Assembly (NCBI GenBank): GCA_004764695.1
Contig: SMSO01000035.1
Coordinates: 4,104,040-4,168,039, forward strand
From: Schizochytrium sp. TIO01
Lineage: Eukaryota > Protista > Bigyra: Labyrinthulomycetes
Length of the DNA stretch: 64,000 nt
Direction of reading: 5' to 3'
Shown: in pieces, positions 33,824 through 46,400 of the stretch
Position numbering within the stretch: the first letter of the stretch is position 1
How the letters are laid out: the number at the start of each line of letters is the position of its first letter
Position numbers and translations under genes: made by a program
Notes under the pieces: generated by a model
What the model saw: the letters and a program-made list of their open reading frames with translations, nothing else
Databases searched by the model: none
Told to the model about the DNA's origin: nothing

Positions 33824-36800
33824 TCAAAAGTTAGCTGGGGGCTCTGGATCAAAAAACTCGTCAACTGGGTCTGGCTTTGGTGATTTGGTGGCGCGTAAAA
33901 TCCGTCGTGCATTGTAAATAATCCTTTGAAAAGGGTTGTGACGGAAAAACTCCTCCTCCTCCTCTTTTGCCTCTGCTGCACGAATTGCAGCAATGAACTC
34001 GGCAAGTTCGAGACGACGATCCTCGGCAATTTTCCGAGCTTGGAAACCGCGAAAAACACGTTGTAAAGCAATAGCAGCAGCTCGACGAAGGTTCTCGTAG
34101 GCAATAAGCTCCAGGCGTGTTGCAGCCCATACAACCGCTGCGCGCCTGCCCAAGTGGCCACGAACTACACTTTGAATTTTCACAGCTGCCGTTGCCTCAC
34201 GCCGTGCGCGTTGCACTCTTTTGCGAAGTTTTTCCTTGTCCTCGTTTAGTTTCTTCTCTACCCTTTCGTATCTTGTTTTGGCTCCGGCAGCTGCCTTTCC
34301 TAAAGCGAAATCCATAGCACGTTTTCGCCCGTTGACACGAGCTGCAGTTGATTGCATACGTTGCCGCTCCGCAGCCACTGCTGCAGCATCAACGCCAATT
34401 GCGCTTCCTTGACGACGGCGATGCCCTCCTGGACCCTGGCGACTCTCGAATCGTGATTTTCGCAAAAGTGTCATGGCTCGGAAGTACATGAGAGTCATCG
34501 TAAAGATTCCAAAACGAAGCACATTCTCAGTCTCATCTAACTGATGCTTCACATCATCTTTAAGATCGACAGCTTTCTGTCTGCGCTGACGACGCGCAAT
34601 ATCACGAGAAATACTGGTCCATTTATCTGCAGGTGCTATACGATCTTCTTTGGTATCATTACCTTCGCCGTTGTCACCTGATTTTGAGGACAAAACGAAA
34701 TTCTCTGTTTCGCGTTCACCAAAGATCCAACCCTCAAGCATAAAATCTAAGACCCCATCAAGCAGTTCTTCTACAACTTCGGCACCTAAAAGACGCGCCC
34801 GCTCTCCTTCAAGTGCTATGATAACATTTTGAGTCCATTGAACTTGCTTGTAACCATGCAGAGCTTTCGTTTCCATGAAGGGACTCTTGGAAGCATAGGC
34901 CAAGTGTAATTCCTCATCTACAATCACAAGACGAGCTTTGCGCTCAAGGGAGGTTATTTCTGCAACGAGTTCACGAATCAGGTCAGTTCTTAACATCCTG
35001 GACTTTCCTCCTTGCTTAACACTCTTGGGAACTTGACTGTCAACAAACTTAACAGTTTCATCAATACGCCTCGCAGTCTCGAGTTCTTTGCGAAGTTCTG
35101 ACATTCTTTCTTCAAGCTCCACAAGGTCTACAGGAGGCGTGTATTCACAAGGGCTGGTGTTACATGCTTGACAATGTGCTCTTTCTGCTTGTGCTTTCTC
35201 CAGAGCTGCGTTAATTCTAGCAGCAGTGCCACCAGGATCCTCGTCATCCTCGCTCTCAGCATTTTCATCTTCTCCATTAGCTTTCTTGCCGGTGCCGTCT
35301 CCTTCATCCTCTTCATCCTCTTCATCAGATGAACTCATCAGCCCATCAAGATCGTCAGAATTCTTTACCTGTGCCAAGATATAAGAGTCACGCTCTTTTC
35401 TGCGAATATCCTTCAGAATGAAGGTCTCCTGCTCTTTCACTTGTAACAGTAATAGTCTGTCGAGCTCTCGATTGAGTTCCTTACGAAGGATTTTAATTGG
35501 AAACCGCTGTTCTGATGAATGCAGAATTGAAGAGTCTACAAAGTCCTCTGAGCTGGCATTAGCACGCTCGAGCTCTGCCAAAACTAGTCGACATCTGCGA
35601 TCAATATCTGTAACTTGCTCAGTAGCCTTAACTACAAAGTTGAGACGCTCTTGGCGCTTCATTCGAGGCTCTTGTAGCATTGGTTCTTGAATACAGCGAC
35701 GTTCTAGAGGATGGGCTCTTTCTCGTAAAAGATGATGAAGGATGATTGCTTTTGGTCCCTCGAGAACCTCTGTTCTAGCAAACATAAGTGCCATGAGCTC
35801 CTCGCGACTGCAAGTTTCAGGAGACTTTTGCATTGCTGGATCCGCACCACCTGCTCGTACGACGCTTTCAGGGTGAAAGACCTGGTACGCATCACTCCAG
35901 CATGCGTCTGCATGGCTCTGCTCCGCTAATATATTTTCAATTTCTTGTTCTACTCTTAAGCGATCTTGATTGGCAGCATCAGCCATACTTGCCTCTCGTG
36001 CTTGAATGACTGCCTCGATTTCTTCATCAGAAACAATTCCTGTACGTTTCAATGCAGCAAGTCGATCTTGTTTTGCTTTTTTCTCTTCACGAAGCTCCCG
36101 CTTCATATTGGCCATGTCGGCTGTGCCTTTTCGACAATCTACAAGCTCCATCCTGCGCGATGCAGCGAGCTGGACCCATTTATTGAATTCGCGCTCAAGC
36201 TTAGCTAGATACTTTGAGTTGTATTTCTTCGCTGTAGCTTCGTCAACTCCTAAATCGTCTTCATCATCCGCCGCAGTAAACGCTCCGCCCATCTCAATGC
36301 GCTCTCGACGGCGTTGGATGACTCTGTTTACAGTTGCCATCTCTATCTCTAGATTTTCACATCGAACTTCGGCATCCTGAACCAGTGCTTTCACTAAACT
36401 GAATTTGCGCTCCGAAAGATACAAACTTACAGTGAGGTGCTCAATATCATCATCGATTGCTTTGACACGATCAAACATCTCAACTGCTTCACCTTTGGCA
36501 TCCGATTCAACGCTCTGTATCGGCCGGCAAGTCTCGGCCATAATTGTGATAGAATATTGAGTTAAAGAAGCAGCACCAACTACGATTTGGTAGCGCCCGT
36601 GTGATAAAGGAATGCCAGCTTCTTCAGGATCATGTATAAGTGTAAACCGTCCAAGGGCATCACTTGAGTTCAAAGACACCTCATGGTTGAGGGAGCAGTA
36701 TCCGATTGGAGTAGTCTCATTCAAGTACATTGCGGCGGAAAGCCTTCCATTCACGTAACCACGTTCGTCAAAGCCTCCCTTGTAAACGATGTGCACCACA

Positions 36801-39800
36801 AGCTGCAGAACAGCAACATTATGCATTATAAAGAAGGAGTGAACTCGTCCTTGTCGAAATTCCAAGGACTGGTTCTCAATATGATACAGCTGCATCCACT
36901 CGTCACGAAGAAGAACACTTGATTTATCATCATCCGACTCCAACCTATCTTCTTCTTGAAGGGTGAGACGATAGTGCTCTGAGGAATTAAATACGCGATA
37001 AATTTTATTTCCTTTACGGCGCTGCTTTGCTTCGAAACGATCGAGACGTACTAAATCTTCCGGATCGTTGCCGAATGAGTAGCGCTGAATGAGTTTGTAT
37101 GCACGCATTTGAGCTAAGCTTCTTATAAATGGCAGTGCTAAGTTCAACTCTTCTGGAAGTTCATATAGAACATCAATAACCTCGTCGGTGAGCTCCGTAG
37201 GGCGATAATGTCTGTAGTTATGGACCTGCTCTGGTGTATACAGGTCGCCAAATCGATTAATGGCCATGTCAAGAGCAATCCATTCTCTCTCTTCTTGATT
37301 TCTAGCAGCTGAGGGCTTACGGCGGACTTCACTGGCTAGATCTTGGACACTACTTCGACGTGTCCAAGCGGACAACGATGTGCTGGTTTGTGCTAAGGAG
37401 TTCGCTGCTGTTGTAGTAGTACTATTAGTACGTTCCAATTTGCCTTGCACAATATCTGAATTGTTCGTTGTCTCTCCGTCATTTTCTTGTTGCTGTTTAA
37501 AGTCAGCCATAGCCTTTCGCTTGATTTCTCCGGATCGATAAAGATCAAGAGCACCGGAGATAAGTTTACGTTGAGCTAATAAATTCGATTTGTCCTTTTG
37601 CATTTGTGCCAAACGACTATCAATTCTTTGAATCATGTCCTCTTGAGTTTGTATCTCTTCTTGCATGTACTCTAGTCGAGATGCAAAGTTTACGCGCTCC
37701 GAGGATAGGTAGTTTATAAGATCTGAAGTTCGGATACGTTGCATGACACCAGCTTGCCAAATAGAGCTATCACAAAATTTAGTTCGCAAGTTCCCACACC
37801 GGTCTAGCTCTTCTTTAATGGCCTCAAATCTGCTGTTTGCTACTGTATGCATTCTTGTCACGGACTGCAATTGTTGTACAGTAGCTTTACGTTTTGCCAT
37901 GAGTTTTTCAGTCTCACGCTCTAATTCCTCTAAATGGTTTGACAATCTCTCAATCATGTCGTCCATTTCTGCACCTCGCCGCTGAAGAATGATGCTATCG
38001 GTTTGAATGCTGCTATTGATTTTCCCAATGTCTGCTTGCAAGTCTTTCAGTTGTAGATTGAGGCCCTGAACAAGGGACTGTGACTCCTTATGACTTTGCA
38101 GCATGTCCCCAAGTTCTTCTTTTGCTTGCTCAGCTCTTCGCATTCGCTGTCGACTGACTTGTCCACGCATCTGAACATTTGCAGAAGCACGAAGCATGCT
38201 AATTGCCCTTTCAAGCTCTGCAACACGTTTCATGGCTGCATCACGTCTTCCTTGTGTGCCGCGAATCAGCTCAAGGGAACTTTGAGAACGTTCAATATTG
38301 ATGGCTTGACGCTGAGCAATTTTTATAAAGTCTAAGCGAATTTTTGAAGCCCCAGAGACAGAGCTTCCGAGAACTGTGACAGTATGAAGGTCATCTTGTA
38401 GTCCTCCAAGTGCTGCAGCAGCATCATCATCCATGAGTGTAATTTGGGTTAAATAGTCATTGGCCTCTTCGCGCTGCTTTCTCTTTTTTGCATGCTCTTG
38501 CTCTCGAGCCTTATCAACTTCTCTTGCGCGGTGAAGCTCCTCAATTCGCTCTTTGACCAAAGCCTGCTGTTTTTGCCAACGAAGTTCTTCGTTATACGTA
38601 CGTCGTAAATCTTTAGAGAAACTATCAGCATCCATCATCATAGATCTCTCTTCCGCTTCTGTAGGCCGGTTTTTCCAAAAAAGCTCCATACGGAGTCGTT
38701 GCTCTTCGCGCCGCCTCAATTCCTCCCGTTCTGCCCTTTCCTGCTCGATTACATCTCGATTTCTGGTTTGCTTGCGTTTTGATTTAGAGCTGTCGTCATC
38801 TTCGGCGTCACCAGGGTCGCTATCACTGTCACTCGTGCCGTTCTGTTCTTTGATTTGTCCAAACTTTCGCGATTTTGACTTTCGACCAGACTTTAGATTT
38901 CTTAAAGAGCGTCCAGATTTTTTTGGTGAATGTCGGTCGTCCGCCTCTTTAGTTTCTTTATCACCATTTCCGGCTTCTTGTCCTGGACCTTCAGACTGAG
39001 GGTCAAAAACATCGGTCTCAGGAGTTGACTCTTCTGTGTTACCGAGAGTTGACTTTTCACTCATCAACTGGATATTATTGAGAGCTCGAATCAATGCGTA
39101 AAGCTGGTGTACAAGATTTTCCATAAATTCAGTGCGAGATGCCCAAATATTATGATCTGCTTTAAGCCACATGACGTGGTTCCGAACTTGATCTTGGTGT
39201 CGAATGCAGTCCCGGAGCGTATTAGATACAGTTTTTGGTGCCCCTCGAGCATTTATAATGGCTTCTACATGCATTGAAAGAACATGCCGACTCTGAGTGC
39301 CTTGGACAACCACCATGGGGGTCTTAATCAATGGTAGACCACTGCGAAGATCAAGAAATTCGTTTCGCATGTGAGATAAAATACGACTAGCTTCTGGATG
39401 GAGGGTTTCAGAAATTGAGCTAATTGCCCTCAGCATTGGGCGGTCTACATAGGAAAATCCGTTTACCGAAATGATAGCCTGTAGCATTGGACATTTGCGA
39501 TATGCTGCCATATGCATCGCCACATTCGCTCCAACACCAATACCCATAAGTATCCATGGACGAGCCTTTACTGCTCCAGCACCAATCTCCAAATGCTCTA
39601 TCAAACGGTGAAGCCAGTTTGACAGTAAAACATTACTTGCAGGCAATGCAGCAGGGCGCGTGTCTTTGTATAAGTTGACAAGGATCACACGAAGGCCATC
39701 CTTCGCACAGGATGCAGCAAATTGATGCAATTCAGATATTGGCTCAAAACAGTCATTGACCACCACCAGGCTAGCAAGCTCTCTCTGCGTCGCACTAAAA

Positions 39801-40663
39801 CTTTCTGCATAATCCTCAAAGTTGAGGTCAAGCCCATGGTTTAAACTTGCGGGTTCGTTTGTTGATGCGTGTCTCCGTGTTTTATCACCTTCACTTTCAC
39901 TTCGAGGCGGAGTCGAGGCAATTGCAACACTTCGAATACATTTACCAAAAGTAACCCTTTCCGCGAAGCAAAGAGTTGGAAGCTCTAGGCTTGGCTCCTC
40001 GTTCAAAGTTTTAGATAATGGACCACGCCGCCGCCGCGGAGACCCTCCATTGGAAATGGGAGTTTTATGGCCAAGCGTTGGGAGTGCAAATCTTGCTATG
40101 AGATGTTTGATTGTGTGCTGCGGTGACCAAGTATTTAAAAAAACCACAAGGCGGTCAAGCATGGCAATCAGGTTGGAATCGCTTGAAAGAGAGAAGTGAG
40201 GGAAATCTAAAGGCACAAGTTTTGACTTCCCTTGGTAACCTTGAACACAGACAATTTGCTGTTGCCATTCAAGGCTGCTAAATACCTCGAATAGTCTAGT
40301 CACTGGAAGTTCTTCGCATGAGCCCGAAGAATACCATAAAAGACAACTGTGATAAGCTGTGCTCATTTTAAGGACAATGTCAAGGAGAACTTTAGGGTCA
40401 TCCATCGCCAAGGTACGAAACTCTCCTTTCCCAGAGTCTATGTCAGCACGCATAAACCGCTTGGGTACGCCCGATTCGTATAGGAGGGTGTCAGGCAGGG
40501 CACACGGAAATGAATTCCTGCTCACTTTTATGAGATCATCATCCGCTAAGTCTTTGCGCGATGCCTCCCGAAGTTGCTGTGTACGATCCCACTTTTCCCC
40601 AGCCACAAAAATAGTTCTCAAAAGCCAAAGGCTAGCGTCGTTGTCGTGCAAAGTACGATCCAT
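33824..40663 (-). CDS. Very large coiled-coil protein with a non-catalytic alpha/beta-hydrolase-like domain and two C-terminal IQ motifs
   Basis: ~2,279 aa from the first ATG at 40663. Nucleophile-elbow-like ILMGIGVGANVA and TPMVVVQG. IQ motifs IQSVVRGHLGRR and LQRVFRGFQARK. Confidence 0.8.
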   Translation of the reverse strand: MDRTLHDNDASLWLLRTIFVAGEKWDRTQQLREASRKDLADDDLIKVSRNSFPCALPDTLLYESGVPKRFMRADIDSGKGEFRTLAMDDPKVLLDIVLKMSTAYHSCLLWYSSGSCEELPVTRLFEVFSSLEWQQQIVCVQGYQGKSKLVPLDFPHFSLSSDSNLIAMLDRLVVFLNTWSPQHTIKHLIARFALPTLGHKTPISNGGSPRRRRGPLSKTLNEEPSLELPTLCFAERVTFGKCIRSVAIASTPPRSESEGDKTRRHASTNEPASLNHGLDLNFEDYAESFSATQRELASLVVVNDCFEPISELHQFAASCAKDGLRVILVNLYKDTRPAALPASNVLLSNWLHRLIEHLEIGAGAVKARPWILMGIGVGANVAMHMAAYRKCPMLQAIISVNGFSYVDRPMLRAISSISETLHPEASRILSHMRNEFLDLRSGLPLIKTPMVVVQGTQSRHVLSMHVEAIINARGAPKTVSNTLRDCIRHQDQVRNHVMWLKADHNIWASRTEFMENLVHQLYALIRALNNIQLMSEKSTLGNTEESTPETDVFDPQSEGPGQEAGNGDKETKEADDRHSPKKSGRSLRNLKSGRKSKSRKFGQIKEQNGTSDSDSDPGDAEDDDSSKSKRKQTRNRDVIEQERAEREELRRREEQRLRMELFWKNRPTEAEERSMMMDADSFSKDLRRTYNEELRWQKQQALVKERIEELHRAREVDKAREQEHAKKRKQREEANDYLTQITLMDDDAAAALGGLQDDLHTVTVLGSSVSGASKIRLDFIKIAQRQAINIERSQSSLELIRGTQGRRDAAMKRVAELERAISMLRASANVQMRGQVSRQRMRRAEQAKEELGDMLQSHKESQSLVQGLNLQLKDLQADIGKINSSIQTDSIILQRRGAEMDDMIERLSNHLEELERETEKLMAKRKATVQQLQSVTRMHTVANSRFEAIKEELDRCGNLRTKFCDSSIWQAGVMQRIRTSDLINYLSSERVNFASRLEYMQEEIQTQEDMIQRIDSRLAQMQKDKSNLLAQRKLISGALDLYRSGEIKRKAMADFKQQQENDGETTNNSDIVQGKLERTNSTTTTAANSLAQTSTSLSAWTRRSSVQDLASEVRRKPSAARNQEEREWIALDMAINRFGDLYTPEQVHNYRHYRPTELTDEVIDVLYELPEELNLALPFIRSLAQMRAYKLIQRYSFGNDPEDLVRLDRFEAKQRRKGNKIYRVFNSSEHYRLTLQEEDRLESDDDKSSVLLRDEWMQLYHIENQSLEFRQGRVHSFFIMHNVAVLQLVVHIVYKGGFDERGYVNGRLSAAMYLNETTPIGYCSLNHEVSLNSSDALGRFTLIHDPEEAGIPLSHGRYQIVVGAASLTQYSITIMAETCRPIQSVESDAKGEAVEMFDRVKAIDDDIEHLTVSLYLSERKFSLVKALVQDAEVRCENLEIEMATVNRVIQRRRERIEMGGAFTAADDEDDLGVDEATAKKYNSKYLAKLEREFNKWVQLAASRRMELVDCRKGTADMANMKRELREEKKAKQDRLAALKRTGIVSDEEIEAVIQAREASMADAANQDRLRVEQEIENILAEQSHADACWSDAYQVFHPESVVRAGGADPAMQKSPETCSREELMALMFARTEVLEGPKAIILHHLLRERAHPLERRCIQEPMLQEPRMKRQERLNFVVKATEQVTDIDRRCRLVLAELERANASSEDFVDSSILHSSEQRFPIKILRKELNRELDRLLLLQVKEQETFILKDIRRKERDSYILAQVKNSDDLDGLMSSSDEEDEEDEGDGTGKKANGEDENAESEDDEDPGGTAARINAALEKAQAERAHCQACNTSPCEYTPPVDLVELEERMSELRKELETARRIDETVKFVDSQVPKSVKQGGKSRMLRTDLIRELVAEITSLERKARLVIVDEELHLAYASKSPFMETKALHGYKQVQWTQNVIIALEGERARLLGAEVVEELLDGVLDFMLEGWIFGERETENFVLSSKSGDNGEGNDTKEDRIAPADKWTSISRDIARRQRRQKAVDLKDDVKHQLDETENVLRFGIFTMTLMYFRAMTLLRKSRFESRQGPGGHRRRQGSAIGVDAAAVAAERQRMQSTAARVNGRKRAMDFALGKAAAGAKTRYERVEKKLNEDKEKLRKRVQRARREATAAVKIQSVVRGHLGRRAAVVWAATRLELIAYENLRRAAAIALQRVFRGFQARKIAEDRRLELAEFIAAIRAAEAKEEEEEFFRHNPFQRIIYNARRILRATKSPKPDPVDEFFDPEPPANF

Positions 40664-43491
40664 GGTTTTCTTATTGTGAGAATTGCTTCCCCGTCCTGCT
40701 ATCTTTCCTTTCTTTGACACGCTTGTTGACGTTGACGATCTTGTTGTTGAGTCGTTGTTGCCGTCGTCGATATAGCAGCAGCAGCAACAGCTCGACAGAA
40801 ACGGTACCTACTTGCACAGCGCCGTCTAAATTATGAAGAGGCTGTGACTACATTCCAACTCAGGCCAACACGTTGATTCTGTGAAAACCCAGGACACTGC
40901 TGCCCGAGGTTTCCATCCAGCGAGAGTCCTGAGTCTTCGTGACGCAGCTCAACGAACCACAGCAAAATTTTCTTGCACTCACTGATGAATTCATGAGACG
41001 AGTCCCAGACTCCATCTACAAAGTGGTCTAACAGACCTTTTAAACAGGTTTATTTATAGTGTGTCGCGCGCGAGCGACCCTTAAAACCCTCATTGCCAAG
41101 CCTCCTTAACTCCCCTCCACGCATACATGAATTCTGCAAAGCACCAGCTACTTCAATCGTAGCTTGGAAGACTGCTACTGCTCTTATAAAATCTCTTTGC
41201 GCTGACAGACTGTCCTAACCTTTAATCTCAGGTCAAGGCTGTTGAGAGTGAAGACTAAAATCGCTCACGAAAGAGAGGTCTTTCAGGGGTCCCCATGTCC
41301 CCACAGTGCGCTCCAGGTGTGTACCAGGGTTTCGAGGTTCGAGTGCAACCGATATATTGAGATGGAATTGTTATCAATCGAGGCGTCGAATAGCTTTTCG
41401 AAGATATAAGTGGGACCTGGAGCGAAGAAGATATCCCTGCTTGGCCCAGGTTCAGTTTGGGGCCGCCGCTGCGAGCGTCCTTTGCACTGGAGATCACCGG
41501 CGGACGGTAAAGTTACGCAGTCGAAGTTCGACTTGGAGGCGTGCGATTCTTCGATATGGCCTTTTCGGAAGGGAGTGTGTGATGGTGACAGTTTCGAGAG
41601 TTCGAAGTCACCATTGAACAGGGTAGAGTTGAGGCGGTATGTACCTATAGCTAGCTATCTGCCTGAGTATAAAGTCGTTGGTGGCGCGGAATGAGGCGCG
41701 AGCTTGTTTTTTTTAATTATTTTTTTTAATGGATTCGAGATAGTTTGATTGTCCTTGTCGGACTGTGTTACCTCTCCCCACTCGACAGCTGCAGGACGGG
41801 CGTGCGGATGGTCTTGCCATGAAATTGTCCTCGACCACGATGCAAAGTAATGTGGCCTCGGTTTTAAGTTAGGGCTTGGGTCGCTACCAAACTTGGAACA
41901 AAACGAAACTTGGGGTGAATCCAAACAACAGAACTAGACTAGACGGAAACTAGACTTGAGCAGAAAGTAACCGAGCAAGTGCTGGTTGAGGTCATCGGCA
42001 TGGAAGTTGGTTTTCAGTGTATACGAAGTTAGCATGCCTAGTGTTTGATTTCTTCAATCTGTAGGAAATGTGCTTCATCCAGACATTTGGCAGTCTCTGT
42101 GAGAGTTTTGCTCCACGAAGCCGCCTTGTAGGGGGGCAAGCTGAGTCTACTGCAACTACGCGAAGATGTTGTGGGGGGTGAGGGCATCGTCCTTCATCTC
42201 GTTGGATCCATAAACCAGGATGATTAAAATCGGAAATCTAGATGTTGCTCTGAGAAAGACACTCCTTTTTTTCTTTAGTGTTTTTTTTAAGATTAAAAAT
42301 TAGAAATAATACAAATGATTAAAAAATGCTAATTGTAATTGCGACTCTAAAACTCCTCACGCGACGAAACCTATGATAAAGAGACTCAGGTTACTTACAT
42401 ACGAAAGATTGAAAATCACACTCGTACGTCTGGATCCAGCGCACATACTTGGCATACCTTGTGGCCGCGACCCCGAGTCCATTGTCGCTTCGCTTCTCTG
42501 TAGTCCACCTACACACTATTTTAGAGACTACAGACAGGCAGGCGACTAGATGGAAGATCAAATGCGCCTAGACTTCCCTCGGCGCGGAGGCGAGGCCTGT
42601 AGACATCCGCACAAAGCACCATTTCTCTTTTAGAAAGAATGTGTGTACTTTAGCAACTCTGCATAATATTAGAATGTGAGAGTTCGCATTTAATAGGTCT
42701 CTTGTTTTATGAAGATCAAGAGAAACAAGCAGAGCTCAGCCATAGGTGGAGCCTATAGAGCATCTGCAGCTACCTGTTCTTGCCAGTGCATGTACGTATC
42801 AAGCAAAACATTTTCTTTTATATCTGTGTGTGGAAGAGATCAACTGAAGTCGCAGTCTTAACCTCTCTAGGTCTCTCTTATTTTGAGTTGTGTCCTCATT
42901 ATCTCGCATTGTAATATCTGCCTGCATGTCTTTTACATGCTGACTCACAGAGCTGAGCTGTAAGGTAAACATCTACCGTACGGAGATTCGCGTTGCCGGA
43001 TCGCGCTGCTCTGGCGCAGGTGAGGTGGCGTCTCGCTAGAGACGCGCTTCTTTGCTTCATTGGCTCAACGGACGAGCGGCAACGTGGGTAGCAGGGTCTG
43101 TATTGAACTGCGGCGGCATTGAATTTCTCTCTCTGTTCACTCGTGCAAAGGCGCGGAGAACACAAGGAGATCGAGGACAAGCAAAGCCTCGAGAGGTCAC
43201 TTTCTGCGGAGCGAGTGCGCAAAGGTAGAAGAGAATCTATCCTTCTGTGCAGCTCGTTTTAGCGCAGGCTATAATCTTTTGGCTGAAAGCAGCGTACGAC
43301 ATTTGAGTATCGCGAAGAACACGCTTTGCGTAAGCTTGACAGCGTGTACGCTTAGCACTATTTTAAATTGATTTATTATTGCGCTTGCACACGAACACCA
43401 GGGCGCAATACTCTTTCCTCTCTAAAAAAAAACTCGGCGCTGGCTGTAAACTTAGGTATCTCCAGAATAGATAAACCTTCTTTTCACCAAA

Positions 43492-46400
43492 ATGGGTTGC
43501 AGTGCATCGGTGCAGTCAGTACCAAGCGCAGCGACATTGGAAAAAAACTCCCCAACAGCAGCTTCAAAGCGTGCTTTAGCGCAAATCCGAAAGATTGACA
43601 AAACTGCTCCTCGTAAAAGGCTTGAAGACAAGGGTTCTTTTCAACTTCGTGTGCAGAACACCAAAGTAAATCTTCCTTTTGCATATGTTTCGCAAACAGG
43701 TTACTATCCAGATGAGCTAGACAAGGCAAATCAAGATTCACTTGTGGTAAGAGAAAACTTGGGTTCAAAGAATAATGAGCTTGCGTTTTTCGGTGTATTC
43801 GATGGGCACGGGAAAACCGGAGATCTGTGCTCAAACTTTGTTCGCATGGAGCTTTGGGAAAATCTTGAGAATGACGAGAAATTTCGGGAGGGAGAGTACT
43901 ATCAGGCTTTGGTTAATGCACATGTCAGAACAAATGAGGAGATGCACGAACAGGAGCGTATGCAAACATTTTCTGATATGATGAGTGGCACAACTGCTAT
44001 TTCCGCACTCTTTGAAGGGGACAAACTCTTTGTTTCAAATGTGGGTGATTCACGGGCAATTGCCATTGTCGAGCATGACGATCGTCTAGTGTCGGTCCCG
44101 TTGTCAATTGATCAAACACCCTTCCGTAAGGATGAGCGCGAGCGTGTGAAGGAATGCGGCGCACGGGTGCTGACCATGGCGCAGATTGAAGGACTGCAAG
44201 ATCCAGAAATGGACGATTATGGTGACGAAGAAGACAATGATGGCGATCCACCTCGTTTATGGTGCCACCAAGGAAATTATCCAGGTACTGCTTTCACAAG
44301 ATCCTTGGGCGATCGTGTAGCCGAATCAATTGGTGTGCATGCTATCCCAGAGATTCTAGAGCGTCAGCTAACAACTTCAGACCAGTACATTCTTCTGGCA
44401 TCTGACGGTGTATTCGAATTTATTACATCTCAGGGTGTGGTAGATATTTTCAGTCGTTTTGAGCACGATCTCCTCAATGCAGCGCGCGCAATTGTAGCTG
44501 AGGCATATCGTCAGTGGTTGCAATTTGAGACACGTACAGATGATATTACGTGTATTATTATTGATGTGCGTGGAATAGGCCGTGACCAAGTCAAGATTGA
44601 CGAGCTGCTTAAGCGCAAAGGAAGTTTTGGTGTGGAGTTCTTGGCTCAGGAGATTCGCTCTCAGCTTCACAAGCATGTTTCTGGCGAAGATATCCATGGT
44701 TTGCAGGATCCAAAGTACCTCAGCAAAATTTCCGAGAACCCAGATCCATCCAAGCTCGTCCACCTTGCATCATTCAGGCTGGACCAAGCTACCTCATTGG
44801 AACCCAAGGCTGTCACCGAGACTGCACGCAGCGAGCAAGAGGCAACTTCACATTTTACACAGAGCTTTATGTCAATGGAGTTACGGCCTGTGCGTAGAAA
44901 GGTCGCGAACAATGTTGGAGTTCTGCACTTTGACCCAAGTGAGCTGGAGGGCTATGAAATGCCTATATATGAGAAGAGCAGCGATGAACGTGAAGACCTT
45001 GAAGAAGCACTGCGTACGAACTACATGTTTGCCCACCTCAGCGATGAACAACGTAGCAAGGCTGTGTCCGCAATGGAGAAGATTGAAGTCACAGCAGGGC
45101 AGGTGGTTATCAAGCAGTTTGATAAGGGTGACAAATTTTATGTCGCAGCAAGTGGCCGATATGCTGTTGAAGTATCTGTAAATAAGATGACAGAGGATAT
45201 GACAGGCAAGATGGTCCCGATTGAAGGCGAGTACGAAGAGCCCCGCGAGATTATGGAGTACAACTGCGATGGAGATGGCTTCTTCCAAAGCTTCGGTGAG
45301 CTTGCACTTATGTACAACAAACCTCGTGCAGCAACAATTACGGCTCGCACCGATGGTGTACTTTGGGCTTTGGAGCGTAAGGCATTTCACTCAGTACTTA
45401 TGCGCGATTCTGCACATCGCCTTGTCAAGGTACTGCGAAAGGTTCAAGCCTTCAAGTCGCTTACATACAATGAGGTTGCTCGTTTGACTGATCTGCTCAC
45501 AGAACTTAGATTTAAGGAGGGTGAATACATCGTTCGCCAGGGTGATTTGGGCGATTCATTCTATGTGATCAAGAAGGGTCGAGCGAAGGTAACGATTGAC
45601 TCCGAAGATGGCGAGGAGAAGGAGGTCATGCGCCTGGCCGAATACGAGTACTTTGGAGAGCGTGCTCTCATTAACAAGGCTCCGCGTGCTGCAAACGTTG
45701 TTGCAACTGAGGATGTTGTGTGCTTGATGATTCGCAAAGAACTCTTTGATGAGGTTTTGGGGCGACTTCAGAATGTTCTCGCTGATGATGCTCGCCAGCG
45801 CGAAGCCGCCGCAGAGCGGTATCACAATGTTAGTTCCCTCAAGGACCTTAAAGTCTTTCCAGGTAGCTTCCCGATTCATTACAGCACAATATTCCGCGCT
45901 GCTGTTCGAGCCACAGTTGGAGAACGTGCTAATAAGGTTCAGTTTGTTTCTTTACGCCGCATTGTGGTACCTAAAACAGATGAGGAGGAAGATGCCAAGG
46001 CACAACTCGCTAATGAGCTTGAACTGCTTAGCAAAGTGGCCAAGCCAACGTTGCTGGCTCAATTTTGCAACGAGGAAAATCCTGACATCACATACCATGT
46101 CTACCAGCAAGAGTTTGTTGCAGACTTGGCCTCGGTTGTAGCTGAGAGATCGTTTGACTCGACATCAGCAATGCTAAGGTTTTCAATCAAGAGCATTGCC
46201 ATGGGTCTAGTGCAACTTCAACAGCATCGTGGCATTTTAAGCCGAGGTATTACACCCGAGGGTATCTTGATGGATGTGAATGGTCAACTTGTTATTTCTG
46301 ATTTCCGATATGCCAAACTCACAGCAGGTTCACGAACATTTTCTGCTTGTGGTACACCCGAGTACATGGCACCCGAGGTTATTTTAGGTTCAGGCCACGG

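Noticed and set aside
41330-41350. GGTTCGAG T-loop/B-box-like motif (also ~55731) as a tRNA or SINE
   Set aside because: No cloverleaf stems or A-box at the proper spacing.
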